64,000 bases of DNA. Origin: Rhodospirillales bacterium (lineage in GTDB: Bacteria > Pseudomonadota > Alphaproteobacteria > Rhodospirillales > UBA2165). Shown piece after piece: positions 7,722 to 18,086 of this stretch. Positions within the stretch are counted from its first letter, which is position 1. Each line of letters opens with the position of its first letter. The DNA is taken from positions 6,628 through 70,627 of the forward strand of contig JAJECC010000047.1 in the NCBI GenBank assembly GCA_022822205.1. Reading direction: 5' to 3'. A program made the translations under genes and the position numbers. The notes under the pieces were generated by a model. It ran no database searches and was not told where the DNA came from. It saw only the letters and a program-made list of their open reading frames with translations.

Positions 7722-10084
7722 ACGAGATCAAAAAGGACGTCAAACCGGCGAAGGTCATCGGCGTTCCGCGGCCGCTGATCGACGGCCCGGAAAAAGTCTC
7801 CGGCAAGGCGCTCTACGCGGCGGACTTCATCCCCTATGACCACATGGTGGGCCGGATTTTCCGGAGCCCCGTCGCCCACGCCAACATCATCGAGGTGGAT
7901 ACCTCCAAGGCCGAGGCGCTGTCGGGCGTATTGGGCGTGGTCACCGGCGACGATTGCGACGAGGGGTTCGGCGTGCTCCCCATTGCCCGCTACGAATACC
8001 CCTTGGCCCGGGAACGGGTGCGGTACCGCGGCGAGCCGGTCGCCGCCGTGGCGGCGGTGGATGTCGAGACGGCACAGAAGGCCCTCGACCTGATCGAGTT
8101 CAAGTACGACGAACTCCCCGCCTACTTCACCTCCGAAGAAGCCATGGCCCCCGACGCCGTCTCGCTGCACGAGCACCGGGAAGGCAATATCGAACGGGAC
8201 GTGGATTACGATCTCGGCGACGTGGATGGCGGATTTGCCGACGCCGATCTCGTCCTGGAGCGCGAGTACAATTGCGCGGAGATTTGCCAGGTCCAGTCCG
8301 AACCCCATGCGGCGATCGCCGAGTACGACGCCGAGCGGGACTACATGACGGTTCGCGCCTCCACCCAGGTGCCGTTCTACGTCCACCTGATGCTGGCCAA
8401 GACCCTCAAGATGGACCAGTCCCGCATCCGGATGATCAAGCCCCATATCGGCGGCGGGTTCGGCTGCCGGACCGAGTGCCTGAACGTCGAACTGATCTGT
8501 GCCCTCCTCGCCCGCAAGGCCAAGGGCACCGTGCGTTTGGTGGTCAACCGCGAGGAGACCTTCATCACCCACCGCGGCCGGCCCGAGACCGACGTCAAGC
8601 TGAAGGTCGGAATGAAGAAGGACGGCGCCATCACCGCCGTCGACTGCCAGGCCATCCAGCGGGGCGGCGCCTATGGCGGCTACGGCATCGTGACCATTCT
8701 CTACGCGGGCTCGCTGATCAACGGCATCTATCAACTGGATGCGGTCCGCTACAACGGCCTCCGGGTGCTGACCAACACCCCGCCGCCGGGCGCCATGCGC
8801 GGCCACGGAACGGTGGACGTACGCTACGGGTTCGAAGCGATTCTGGACGAACTCTCCGTGGAGCTCGGCCTCGACCCCATCGAGGTGCGGCGAAAGAACC
8901 TGCTCAAGGAGCCTTACGAAACCTTGAACGAGATGTTCATCAACTCGTACGGCCTGCCCGAAGCCCTCGATATCGTCGAAAGGGAATCCGGCTGGAAGGA
9001 CAAGCGCGGCAAACCGGGCAAAAGCGGCGACGGCAAGTATCGCGGCCTGGGCGTCGGATGCGCCCACTATCCCTGCGGCGCCTCCAAGCCGGTCAACTGG
9101 ACCGGGGAGCCCCACGCCACGGTTCACCTGAAACTGGATTGGGACGCGTCCATCACGGTGCTGACGGGCGCCCCGGAAATCGGTCAAGGCTCATCGACCA
9201 TGGTCGCCCAGTGCGCCGCCGAGGTGCTTGGGCTCGACATGACCCGCTTCCAGGTTCACTCGGGCGACTCCAAACTGGTGCCCAAGGACAACGGCGCCTA
9301 CTCGTCCCGGATCACCTACATGGTCGGCAACGCCTCCATCGAGGCGGCGCAAAACCTGAAGACCATTCTGGTCGAAGCGGCGGCGAGAAAGCTCGACGCC
9401 AGGCCCGAGGACATCGAGTGTTTGGGCGAGGTCTACCGGGCCGCCAGTCAGGACGAAGGCCTGACCTTCGAGGAAGTGGTGATGGCGGCGCTCGAGGGCA
9501 CCGGCACGATCACCGTGAAGGGCAATTTCGATACGCTCCCCGAAAGCCACGGCACCAGGAAGTTCCGGGGCGGCGCCATCGGCGGCTCCATGGCCTATGC
9601 CTATGCCGCCGAGGTGGTGCAGGTCGCCGTCGATCCGGACACGGCCGAGGTCGAGGTCGAACAGGTCTGGGTCGCCCAGGATGTCGGCCGGGCGCTCAAT
9701 CCGCTCTCGGTCGAAGGCCAGATTCAGGGTTCGGTCTGGATGGGCATGGGACAGGCCTTCTGCGAGGGCACCCGCTTCCACAACGGGCTGCCGATCACCG
9801 GCAATATGCTGGACTACCGGGTGCCGTCCATCGTCGAGTCGCCGCCCATCGACACCCATATCGTCGAAAGCGTCGACCCCAACGGCCCCTATGGCGCCAA
9901 GGAAGCGGGCGAAACGTCCCTCGCGGCGTTCATCCCCGCCTACACCAACGCCATCGCCGATGCCCTGGGCGTGCGGCCCATCGATCTCCCGGTCACGCCG
10001 GACCGGCTGATGGAGCTGATCGAGGCGAAGGAAACCGAAGAGCGGGTCGCGGCCGCCCGAGATTCGTCCGTGGCCGCGGAATAG
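7718..10084 (+). CDS. hcrA: 4-hydroxybenzoyl-CoA reductase alpha subunit (Mo-binding, xanthine oxidase family)
   Basis: [43 protein letters not shown]; flanked by hcrC- and hcrB-type genes. Confidence 0.85.
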   Translation: MNEIKKDVKPAKVIGVPRPLIDGPEKVSGKALYAADFIPYDHMVGRIFRSPVAHANIIEVDTSKAEALSGVLGVVTGDDCDEGFGVLPIARYEYPLARERVRYRGEPVAAVAAVDVETAQKALDLIEFKYDELPAYFTSEEAMAPDAVSLHEHREGNIERDVDYDLGDVDGGFADADLVLEREYNCAEICQVQSEPHAAIAEYDAERDYMTVRASTQVPFYVHLMLAKTLKMDQSRIRMIKPHIGGGFGCRTECLNVELICALLARKAKGTVRLVVNREETFITHRGRPETDVKLKVGMKKDGAITAVDCQAIQRGGAYGGYGIVTILYAGSLINGIYQLDAVRYNGLRVLTNTPPPGAMRGHGTVDVRYGFEAILDELSVELGLDPIEVRRKNLLKEPYETLNEMFINSYGLPEALDIVERESGWKDKRGKPGKSGDGKYRGLGVGCAHYPCGASKPVNWTGEPHATVHLKLDWDASITVLTGAPEIGQGSSTMVAQCAAEVLGLDMTRFQVHSGDSKLVPKDNGAYSSRITYMVGNASIEAAQNLKTILVEAAARKLDARPEDIECLGEVYRAASQDEGLTFEEVVMAALEGTGTITVKGNFDTLPESHGTRKFRGGAIGGSMAYAYAAEVVQVAVDPDTAEVEVEQVWVAQDVGRALNPLSVEGQIQGSVWMGMGQAFCEGTRFHNGLPITGNMLDYRVPSIVESPPIDTHIVESVDPNGPYGAKEAGETSLAAFIPAYTNAIADALGVRPIDLPVTPDRLMELIEAKETEERVAAARDSSVAAE

Positions 10085-10094
10085 GAGCAGGCCG

Positions 10095-11069
10095 ATGGAA
10101 TTCATGCCCGACTTCAAGCTCCACCGCCCCGACAACATCGAGGACGCGGTCAGGCTGCGCGCCGAGGAACCGGATGCCCTGTTCGTCGCCGGCGGCACCG
10201 ACATGATCGTCAACGTCCGGCGCGGCATCGAGCAGCCCAAACACCTGATCGATATCACCGCCATCGAGGAGTTGAAATCCATCCTCCCGGACGGCGACGG
10301 GCTGCACATCGGCGCCGGTGTCTCGTTGAAGGAACTTCAATCCGACGAGGACGTGCTCCGTGATTACCCGGCGGTCGCAGAGGCCGCCCGGGCCGTGGCG
10401 GGACCGACCCACCAGGAGTACGGCACCGTCGGCGGCAATCTCTGCCTCGACACCAGATGCCTGTTCTATAACCAGTCCGAATGGTGGCGGCAGTCCAATG
10501 ACTACTGCCTCAAGGAGCGGGGCGATACCTGTCACGTGGCGCCCGGCGGCAAGCGCTGTTTCGCGGCGTTCTCCGGCGACGTTGCGCCCTCGCTTCTGGT
10601 CTACGGAGCCGAAATCGATGTGGTAGGCCCCAATGGGCGGCGCCGGATGCCGCTCACCGATCTCTACCGCAACGACGGCATGGCGCACCTGACCCTCGAG
10701 GCCGGCGACATGCTGACCGCGGTCCACCTGCCGAAGGCGTTGGCCGGATCACCGTCCAGGTACGAAAAGGCCCGGGTCCGCGGCTCCATCGATTTTCCGC
10801 TGGCGGGCGCCGCCGTCCGGCTGGAGACGGACGGAAAGACGGTGAAGGACTTCGTCGTCGCGCTCACCGCGGTGAACCCCTATCCGCAGATCGTCAAGGG
10901 CACCGATGCCTATGTGGGCAGGGAGCTCACCGGCGAAGCGCTCGATGAAATCCGCGAACTGGTCCGCAAGCAGGCCAAGCCCATGCGGACCACCACCGTC
11001 GCGCCCTGGTACCGCCGCCGGGTCGTCGGCGCCCTGGCCCGCCGCCTCACGGAGGAATTGGCCGGTTGA
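10095..11069 (+). CDS. hcrB: 4-hydroxybenzoyl-CoA reductase beta subunit (FAD, [4Fe-4S])
   Basis: VAGGTDM, TVGGNLC and the diagnostic insert C-x15-C-x7-C-x8-C (RCLFYNQSEWWRQSNDYCLKERGDTCHVAPGGKRC). Confidence 0.9.
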   Translation: MEFMPDFKLHRPDNIEDAVRLRAEEPDALFVAGGTDMIVNVRRGIEQPKHLIDITAIEELKSILPDGDGLHIGAGVSLKELQSDEDVLRDYPAVAEAARAVAGPTHQEYGTVGGNLCLDTRCLFYNQSEWWRQSNDYCLKERGDTCHVAPGGKRCFAAFSGDVAPSLLVYGAEIDVVGPNGRRRMPLTDLYRNDGMAHLTLEAGDMLTAVHLPKALAGSPSRYEKARVRGSIDFPLAGAAVRLETDGKTVKDFVVALTAVNPYPQIVKGTDAYVGRELTGEALDEIRELVRKQAKPMRTTTVAPWYRRRVVGALARRLTEELAG

Positions 11070-11087
11070 GCACCGCTGGCCGTTTCG

Positions 11088-12110
11088 TTAGGCGTTTATT
11101 TCGTCCTCAAGATTCGTGAGCCGGGTTATGAATTCGCCAAATTCCGGTGGGGCGTCGAAAATTATCCCATTGTCGATCATTGTCTTGTAGTCCCGCTCAA
11201 GCATGTTTCGCAGGTCGTCGCGGGGCGTCAAATGCAATGATCCAGGCCGGGCTGCCTTATAGTTCGCCCAACCTGACCGGAAGAATACTTGCTTGTGTTC
11301 GGCGACCGCAGTCAGCAAATCGATGTTTTCCAACGCCTCAGTTTTGATAGCAGTCGCCGCCATCATGACCAGATCGTAGTAGTGCCTTGATTGCCGGTCG
11401 GCATCGGCCTTCGCCTCGGGCCGATGGAATTCCGCGTGAAGGATCGTTGCCTTCTCCCAGAACGTCCGTTCGGCTCTCAGGACTGTGACTGGCGTATCGG
11501 GCTTCTCGAATTGATCCGGGAATGCTTCCGCCGCATAAGGTATGACTGAGCGCCTATCAGACGGCCAGATTTCGCCACGCGCTCCGAACTCCAGACGTAC
11601 TGCCGGCTGAAGGTAATTCGATCCGTCAATCGAATTCGTCGCTATGGGGTAGTGAAAGAGTATGGTCGCCGGATCATCTTCAGATAACTTTAGCGCCCAG
11701 CCATCTTCACCCAAAAGCCCAGCCATAATTCCCTGGAGTTTGGGCATCAATACCTTCTCCACGTTTTCATTCAACGCGGCGGCAATTTGTTTCAGTAGAC
11801 GTGCCCGCTCGTTGCCGGAAAGGTCTTCATTCATCGGGTCCCTTTCCGCCGAAAAACCGAAATGGCTCCGATCTATCGAGAGGTCGATGTCCTCCGAGAA
11901 TCGTTTTATCACGTCGTAGACCTTCGAAAGGGAAGTTCCACCCTTGAAAATAAGGTGTATGCCGGGATCAAGATCGGCAAATAGCCGTCTAAGCACCCAA
12001 CACACCCAAAAATCTTTTTCGATGATTTCGGCTCTAAGGTTTTTTGCCGCCGAAACCTCGTTGAATAGATCGCGGCGATCATCCAGGGACCACCCCGCGA
12101 CCTCATCCAC
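11088..12110 (-). CDS. AbiEii/AbiGii-family nucleotidyltransferase toxin (type IV TA)
   Basis: IIEKDFWVCWVL, FKGGTSLSK, RFSEDIDL, ERTFWEKATILH, SRHYYDL; 8-nt overlap with upstream gene. Confidence 0.88.
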   Translation of the reverse strand: MDEVAGWSLDDRRDLFNEVSAAKNLRAEIIEKDFWVCWVLRRLFADLDPGIHLIFKGGTSLSKVYDVIKRFSEDIDLSIDRSHFGFSAERDPMNEDLSGNERARLLKQIAAALNENVEKVLMPKLQGIMAGLLGEDGWALKLSEDDPATILFHYPIATNSIDGSNYLQPAVRLEFGARGEIWPSDRRSVIPYAAEAFPDQFEKPDTPVTVLRAERTFWEKATILHAEFHRPEAKADADRQSRHYYDLVMMAATAIKTEALENIDLLTAVAEHKQVFFRSGWANYKAARPGSLHLTPRDDLRNMLERDYKTMIDNGIIFDAPPEFGEFITRLTNLEDEINA

Positions 12111-12735
12111 TTGCTGCGCCTTGGGTAGGAGCCGAGTCCCGGGCGTTCAGCCGATCAAAGAACCTTGTCTGAGCCCAGGATGGAACATTTCTAAGCAAGA
12201 GACCTGTAACCTGCCGGGAGTGGGCAATCCGCAGAATTCTGTCAGCCACCTGATCGTCGAAACCATCTCGCCCAACGAAATTCAAAGCCTGCCGAGCAAA
12301 TTGAACCCACCTATCCTTGTTCCCGGAACCGACACTTCTCGTATGTTGAAATACGAATTGGCGATTACCGATTTGCAACTTCTTTGACGGGCCATCCGTA
12401 AGATAGACGGGCTTTGCGGATAGTTGGGTTGTCAATCCAAGAGCGTTGGCGGCTTGCGCATCGGATACATACAATTTGCTATTTGTTTTCCTCGCAATAG
12501 CCATAGCAACGCTGACATCGGAAGGGGAGAGTACGCCGAGACGCTTACTGACCTTCGGGAAATCATAGATCCCACGTGCAATGCGACGAATCTTGCCTGC
12601 CCGAACAAGGCGCGACAAAGCCTGATCCACGGCCGCGCGACTGCCGAAATCCAAAAAGTCTTTTGGAGTGAAGACCCACCCGCGGCCCTTGCCGCGAACC
12701 CGGCGAAGAATTCTATCGGTAACGGTGGAACGCAT
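12103..12735 (-). CDS. DUF6088/AbiEi-type antitoxin (wHTH transcriptional regulator)
   Basis: VFTPKDFLDFGSRAAVDQALSRL...RRIARGIYDFP; AANALGLTTQ; VYLTDG; start re-set to ATG 12735 after AAGGAAG. Confidence 0.82.
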   Translation of the reverse strand: MRSTVTDRILRRVRGKGRGWVFTPKDFLDFGSRAAVDQALSRLVRAGKIRRIARGIYDFPKVSKRLGVLSPSDVSVAMAIARKTNSKLYVSDAQAANALGLTTQLSAKPVYLTDGPSKKLQIGNRQFVFQHTRSVGSGNKDRWVQFARQALNFVGRDGFDDQVADRILRIAHSRQVTGLLLRNVPSWAQTRFFDRLNARDSAPTQGAASG

Positions 12736-12751
12736 GATGCTTCCTTCTTTA

Positions 12752-12788
12752 ATAATGTCAGATAATAACATTATTTTTCTGACATTAT
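12752..12788. promoter_or_regulatory. Inverted repeat, likely antitoxin autoregulation operator
   Basis: ATAATGTCAGA 12752-12762 and TCTGACATTAT 12778-12788 (perfect 11-bp arms, 15-nt spacer) 17 nt upstream of the antitoxin start. Confidence 0.6.
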
Positions 12789-13006
12789 ACAAAAAAAATT
12801 TCCTCGGGAAATTATCGTAACTGTTTGATATACTTTCATTAATTATCTAATTTTTTCTAAAAAAAACAAAAATATAATCAAATGATATAGAAGGCACTTT
12901 GGAAAGCCGTTAAGGATCGATTGAGAAAATCGAGAACTGAAGCTCACGCTTTACCGATTCCGCCAAAGAGACTAGTTTTTCTGCCTCTTTAGGCACAAAG
13001 TGCACC

Positions 13007-13423
13007 ATGAGCGATTTTGAACAACTACTGCCCGACGGCTGGAAGCAGCCGGTCGGCTACGCCAACGGCATCGCCGGACCGGTGAACGGCCGGCCGGTGT
13101 TCATCGCCGGTATGGTCGGCTGGACGGCGGAGGAAAAGTTCGAAACCCGCGACATGGCCGACCAGTTCGGCCAGGCGGTCAGAAATATCCTGGCGGTGCT
13201 GGCGGAAGCCGGCGGCAAGCCCGAGCATATCTGCCGGATGACCGCCTACTGCACGGACAAACCCGCCTACTTGACCGCGCGCAAGGCGCTCGGCCCCATT
13301 TGGCGGGACCTCATGGGCGATCACTATCCGGCGATGGCGCTGGTATTCGTCGACGCCCTGCTGGAAGATGAGGCCCTGATCGAGATTGAAGCGACGGCGG
13401 TGATCCCCGCCGGAGGAGAGTAG
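13007..13423 (+). CDS. Rid (YjgF/YER057c/UK114) family protein
   Basis: [41 protein letters not shown]. Confidence 0.85.
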   Translation: MSDFEQLLPDGWKQPVGYANGIAGPVNGRPVFIAGMVGWTAEEKFETRDMADQFGQAVRNILAVLAEAGGKPEHICRMTAYCTDKPAYLTARKALGPIWRDLMGDHYPAMALVFVDALLEDEALIEIEATAVIPAGGE

Positions 13424-13425
13424 CC

Positions 13426-14622
13426 ATGGACCAGACGGTGAGCGCCAAAAAGGCGGATTTTCAGTGGGACGATCCGTTCTTCTTCGAGGATCAGCTGGAG
13501 GAAGACGAACGCCTGGTCCGCGACACGGCCCGGTCCTATGCCCGGGAAAAGCTCATGCCGCGCATCCTGGAGGCCAACCGCAATGAGACGTTCGACCGAG
13601 ACATAATCCATGAAATGGGCGAGCTCGGTCTGTTCGGCACCACGCTGCCGGAGGAATATGGCGGGGCCGGCCTGAACCACGTCTGCTACGGGCTCGCCGC
13701 CCGGGAGGTGGAGCGCGTCGATTCCGCCTACCGCTCGACAATGAGTGTCCAGTCCTCATTGGTCATTCATCCCATCCACGCTTACGGCTCCGAAGAGCAG
13801 CGGAGGAAGTACCTGCCCGGCCTCGCCTCCGGCGAACTGGTCGGCTGCTTCGGCCTCACCGAGCCCGATCACGGCTCCGATCCCGGCGGCATGAAAACCC
13901 GCGCCGAGAAGATCGACGGCGGCTACAAGCTCACCGGCAACAAGATGTGGATCTCCAACAGCCCTTATGCCGACGTATTCGTGGTCTGGGCCAAGCTCGA
14001 CGGCCGCATTCGCGGCTTTATCCTCGAAAAGGGCATGGGCGGGCTGTCCGCGCCGAAGATCGAGGGAAAATTCAGCCTCCGGGCATCCCCCACCGGCGAG
14101 ATCGTCATGGACGGCGTCGAGGTGCCGGAAGAGAACCTGATGCCCAACGCCTCCGGTCTCTCCGGTCCGTTCGGCTGCCTCAACAAGGCGCGGTACGGCA
14201 TCGCCTGGGGTGCGTTGGGGGCGGCCGAGTTCTGTTGGCATGCGGCCCGGCAATACACCCTCGACCGGACCCAGTTCGGCCGGCCGCTCGCCGCCAACCA
14301 GTTGATCCAGAAGAAGCTTGCCGACATGCAGACCGAGATTTCGCTCGGCCTGCAAAGCGTCCTTCGCATGGGCCGGCTGATGGACGAAGGCCGGTGCGCG
14401 CCCGAGATCATCTCGCTGCTTAAGCGCAACAACGCCGGCAAAGCGCTCGACATCGCGCGGACGGCGCGGGACATGCACGGCGGGAACGGCATCGTCGACG
14501 AGTTCAATGTCATCCGGCACGTGATGAACCTGGAGACGGTCAACACCTACGAGGGCACCCACGACATCCACGCCCTCATCCTCGGCCGTGCAATTACCGG
14601 AATCCAGGCGTTCACCAACTAG
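13426..14622 (+). CDS. gcdH: Glutaryl-CoA dehydrogenase
   Basis: FQWDDPF N-terminus, [46 protein letters not shown]. Confidence 0.88.
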   Translation: MDQTVSAKKADFQWDDPFFFEDQLEEDERLVRDTARSYAREKLMPRILEANRNETFDRDIIHEMGELGLFGTTLPEEYGGAGLNHVCYGLAAREVERVDSAYRSTMSVQSSLVIHPIHAYGSEEQRRKYLPGLASGELVGCFGLTEPDHGSDPGGMKTRAEKIDGGYKLTGNKMWISNSPYADVFVVWAKLDGRIRGFILEKGMGGLSAPKIEGKFSLRASPTGEIVMDGVEVPEENLMPNASGLSGPFGCLNKARYGIAWGALGAAEFCWHAARQYTLDRTQFGRPLAANQLIQKKLADMQTEISLGLQSVLRMGRLMDEGRCAPEIISLLKRNNAGKALDIARTARDMHGGNGIVDEFNVIRHVMNLETVNTYEGTHDIHALILGRAITGIQAFTN

Positions 14623-14820
14623 CCGAACCTGCGCGGGTCTTGGTCAAAACCCTCGCCGTCGTCACCTGCCCCGTCTGCGGCCATAGGGAACTTCCGCAGC
14701 GCGCGGAGGATTCTGGACATCAATCCGGATCGCGGCTAGCCTTCCTGAGGTAGGAGTCCTGACGGGCGCGGTCGACCGGGATAGCGCGCCGAGGTGTCGT
14801 TCGACTGTAACGGAGAAACG

Positions 14821-16209
14821 ATGGGGGATGGGATGGACCGGTTAAACGCAATCATCAGCGAGATTAACGCGTTCGCATGGGGCCCGCCCATGCTCGGCAT
14901 TCTGGGGGTGACGGGCTTGCTGCTCACCCTCGGCCTCATGTTCATGCCGTGGCGCAAGGTGGGGTACGGGTTCCGTCTGCTGTTCGACAAGGACGGCGCG
15001 ACGGGCGAGGGCGAGGTCAAGCCCTTCAACGCGCTGATGACGGCGCTGTCCGCCACGGTGGGTACCGGAAACATCGCCGGCGTCGCTACCGCGATCGCGC
15101 TTGGCGGCCCGGGCGCCATCTTCTACATGTGGCTGATTGCGCTGTTCGGCATGGCCACGAAATACGCCGAGGCGGTGTGCGCGGTCACCTATCGCGAGGT
15201 CGACGCGAACGGCAAGTATGTCGGCGGGCCGATGTACTATCTGCGCAACGGCGTCGGCGAGTTCGCGCCCGAACTCGGCAAGTGGCTGGGACTGGCGTTC
15301 GCGATTTTCGGCGCCGTGGCGGCCTTCGGCATCGGCAACGCAGTCCAGGTCAACTCGATGGCCGCTGCGCTCGACAACAGCTTCGGCATTCCGGAATGGT
15401 CCACCGGGGTGGTCGTCGCGGCGCTGGTCGGCGTCGTCGTGATCGGCGGCATCCGGCGCATCGGCGAAGTGGCCGGAAAGCTGGTGCCGGCGATGATCGT
15501 GCTCTATCTCGGCGCAGCGCTGGTGATCCTCGCGATCAACGTGACGGCGATCCCTGGCGCGATCGGGCTGATCTTCACCCACGCCTTCACGCCGGCAGCG
15601 GCGACCGGCGGCTTTGCCGGGGCGGCGGTGGCGGCGGCGATCCGCTTCGGCATCGCGCGCGGCGTGTTCTCAAACGAATCGGGGCTTGGCTCGGCCGCCA
15701 TCGCGCATGCCGCGGCGCAGACCAACAGCCCGGTACGGCAGGGCATCATCGCCATGCTGGGCACCTTCATAGACACCATCGTGGTGTGCACGATGACCGC
15801 ACTGGTGATCCTGACCTCGGGCGCCTGGGTCATGACCGGCTCGGACGGCGGCGGGCTGACCGGGGCGGTGCTGACCTCGACCGGCTTCGAGACCTCGATG
15901 GCGGGCGGGCAGTACATCGTCACCGTCGCGCTGGCGGTGTTCGCCTTCACCACCATCCTCGGCTGGTCCTATTACGGCGAGCGGTGTTGGCAGTACCTGT
16001 TCAAGGAACGGAGCCTGGTGATCTATCGCGCGCTGTGGGTGCTGGCGGCTCTCGCTTTCGCGAACGTGAAGGTGGACCTGGTGTGGAACCTCGCCGACAC
16101 GCTCAACGGGCTGATGGCGGTGCCCAACCTGATCGGCCTGCTGTTGCTCGCGCCGATGGTGTTCAAGGTCACGCGCGAGTATTTCGAGGATTTGGGCAAA
16201 CCGCTCTGA
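14821..16209 (+). CDS. Alanine/glycine:cation symporter (AGCS family)
   Basis: LSATVGTGNIAGVATAI, GGPGAIFYMW, GGPMYY, RGVFSNESGLGS, GLMAVPNL; start uncertain (14794/14821/14833). Confidence 0.9.
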   Translation: MGDGMDRLNAIISEINAFAWGPPMLGILGVTGLLLTLGLMFMPWRKVGYGFRLLFDKDGATGEGEVKPFNALMTALSATVGTGNIAGVATAIALGGPGAIFYMWLIALFGMATKYAEAVCAVTYREVDANGKYVGGPMYYLRNGVGEFAPELGKWLGLAFAIFGAVAAFGIGNAVQVNSMAAALDNSFGIPEWSTGVVVAALVGVVVIGGIRRIGEVAGKLVPAMIVLYLGAALVILAINVTAIPGAIGLIFTHAFTPAAATGGFAGAAVAAAIRFGIARGVFSNESGLGSAAIAHAAAQTNSPVRQGIIAMLGTFIDTIVVCTMTALVILTSGAWVMTGSDGGGLTGAVLTSTGFETSMAGGQYIVTVALAVFAFTTILGWSYYGERCWQYLFKERSLVIYRALWVLAALAFANVKVDLVWNLADTLNGLMAVPNLIGLLLLAPMVFKVTREYFEDLGKPL

Positions 16210-16529
16210 TGACGGTGCGGCACTGCGGTCGCGGGTCTTCTGGAACTCCTCCACCGCCTTAATGCCGTCGGCCTGTGAGGGTTCACCACCCTCCTTCGGC
16301 CTTCCAGCGTCAGCGGGTGGCAGGCGTCCATCCCATTTTTCCGGTTCTGGACCTGCCGGTCGTGCAGCGAAACCACTTATGTGGACGACGGCGAATGCTG
16401 CATCTTTTGCGTTCACGGGAACCGCCGGATTTGTTCCGTTCGCCGGTCTCTTTGGGCGGGACTTCATTGCCCGCCGTATCCGATCGGCCTAGGCTTCCCG
16501 TCCAACCGAACCCCAGTTTAGAGTGACCG

Positions 16530-17429
16530 ATGAACGAACCCGCGTCCGGGGGCCCCCTCCACCAGCAATCACCCCTGCGCGGCGTCCTGTGGATGGCGGC
16601 GGCCGCCGTGTTTTTCTCGGTCTCGTTCGGCGTGGTCAGGCACCTGTCCGACAACGGCGATATCCACGCCTTCCAACAGGCTTTCTTTCGCCAGGTCTTC
16701 GGGACGCTGGTCTTTTTGCCGATTATCCTTCGCCACGGACTGTCGAGCATTCGTACCCGCCAGCCGATCGCCAATCTGACCCGTGTGGCCACCAACGCGG
16801 TCGCGCTCGTCCTGGCATTTTGGGGAGTTACGCTGATTCCGCTTGCTCAGGCGCTGACCCTGCAATCGACCGTACCGTTTTTCGCCATCATATTTGCGAT
16901 GCTGGTGGTGAATGAGCGGCCGGGGCCCCATCGCTGGGCCGCGGTGATGATCGGGTTTGCGGGTGCGTTGGTCATCCTGCGGCCGGGCATCATCGGGATC
17001 AGCCTGGGAATGACCGTGGCCGTGGCCTCCGCCGCCTTTTACGGATTTAGCGACGCCTTCCTGCGCAAGGTCGCCCGCACCGACGGAACCATCTCCATCA
17101 TCTTCTTCGGCTTTGCCGTTCAGGTGCCGCTCCTGCTGCCGCTGGCGATCATGCATTGGACCACACCGGCGTTGTCCGACTGGCCGTGGATTTTGGCGAT
17201 GGTGATCTTATCCTTCGGGGCGCAGTTCTCCCTCTCCAAGGCCTATATCAACGCCGAGGCGAGCATCGTCTCGCCGGTGCTTTTCATTCGGATACCCATG
17301 GTCGCGGTGATCGGGTTCATCTTCTTCGACCAGATCCCGGACATGTGGGTGTGGATCGGCGCCGCGGTTATTTTCGTCAGCACGGTCTATGCCGCCCGGC
17401 GGGAAGCTCTCATCCATCGCCGGGTTTAG
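16530..17429 (+). CDS. DMT (EamA) family transporter
   Basis: About 10 hydrophobic segments, two EamA repeats, ERPGPHRWAAVMIGFAGALVILRPG. Confidence 0.85.
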   Translation: MNEPASGGPLHQQSPLRGVLWMAAAAVFFSVSFGVVRHLSDNGDIHAFQQAFFRQVFGTLVFLPIILRHGLSSIRTRQPIANLTRVATNAVALVLAFWGVTLIPLAQALTLQSTVPFFAIIFAMLVVNERPGPHRWAAVMIGFAGALVILRPGIIGISLGMTVAVASAAFYGFSDAFLRKVARTDGTISIIFFGFAVQVPLLLPLAIMHWTTPALSDWPWILAMVILSFGAQFSLSKAYINAEASIVSPVLFIRIPMVAVIGFIFFDQIPDMWVWIGAAVIFVSTVYAARREALIHRRV

Positions 17430-17431
17430 CT

Positions 17432-17932
17432 CTAGGCGTTCGTCGGCGCGCCTTCCGGGAGGGGCAGCCGGTTCCAGGTGCATTTCACGTCGATGCCGCC
17501 GTCGCCCAGCAGCGTGCCGACCGGGCAGCGATCCTCGGCCAGGACCGCCAGCCGCTCCAGTTTGGCATCCGGCTCTTCGGTTTCGATGTCGATAATCATT
17601 TCCGCTTCGGTGAAGCGCAGAAGCAGGTTTTTCTCCTCGTCGCGGATCACCATGTTGGTGCCGATATCGGCGGTAATCCTTATGGCGCCGTGCTTGAAGC
17701 GCATGGCTTCGGCGACCTTCACCACCTGAACCATCTGGCACGACGCCAACGAGGCGGTGAAGTGCTCGAGGGGGGCGGCCCCTTCATCCCGGCCGCCCCG
17801 GGACGGCGGCTCGTCGACGATCCAGGAGTGACCGGTCGGAGTGGTGATCCTGCTTTGGACGCCGCCGTCGCTCTCGGCGACGGCCGTGCGGGTGGAAGCG
17901 GTAACCACTTCCTTCAATCGGGCTTGAGCCAT
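17432..17932 (-). CDS. OsmC/Ohr family protein
   Basis: DEPPSRGGRDEGAAPLE, SLASC and DRCPV conserved cysteines. Confidence 0.8.
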   Translation of the reverse strand: MAQARLKEVVTASTRTAVAESDGGVQSRITTPTGHSWIVDEPPSRGGRDEGAAPLEHFTASLASCQMVQVVKVAEAMRFKHGAIRITADIGTNMVIRDEEKNLLLRFTEAEMIIDIETEEPDAKLERLAVLAEDRCPVGTLLGDGGIDVKCTWNRLPLPEGAPTNA

Positions 17933-18086
17933 TTCCCCTCCAGGGATTTCGTTTGCGCGTTGGCCGGCACTTTAGGCGGCTCGCGCGGATTATCAAGCCG
18001 CCCGGCGGACATCCGGGAGAGCCGCATTTCGGCGGAGACGCGGGGTCTCTATAAGCGAAGCCGACGAACCACGGGAGAACGAAAAG

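Noticed and set aside
7169-9187. Long antisense and alternate-frame ORFs (e.g. 7169..9187 -, 7954..10206 +, 51571..54180 +, 51668..53521 -, 60113..61900 -)
   Set aside because: They overlap well-supported genes, have Arg/Gly/Pro-rich or motif-free translations and are expected shadows of GC-rich coding sequence
11067-11069. Other TGA stops (hcrC, hcrB, SnoaL, NifU-like, csaA) as Sec codons
   Set aside because: Each falls at the expected protein end with no Cys-motif context
11070-13006. IS element or prophage around the TA pair
   Set aside because: No transposase, integrase, terminal inverted repeats, target duplication or phage genes seen
14623-14820. Glycine or lysine riboswitch upstream of the AGCS symporter
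   Set aside because: No GGAGA...CCGAAG...CTCTCAGG aptamer core is visible and the spacing does not fit a lysine riboswitch; an Rfam scan would settle it
16210-16529. Glycine-aptamer-like string (GCCGAAGGAG...CTCACAGG, minus strand 16272-16305) and short ORFs in the symporter/DMT spacer
   Set aside because: Wrong strand and position for regulating either neighbour, 5' aptamer half missing, and no ORF has a recognisable motif
17432-17932. OsmC as a third selenoprotein
   Set aside because: Both catalytic positions are ordinary Cys codons and the ORF is uninterrupted
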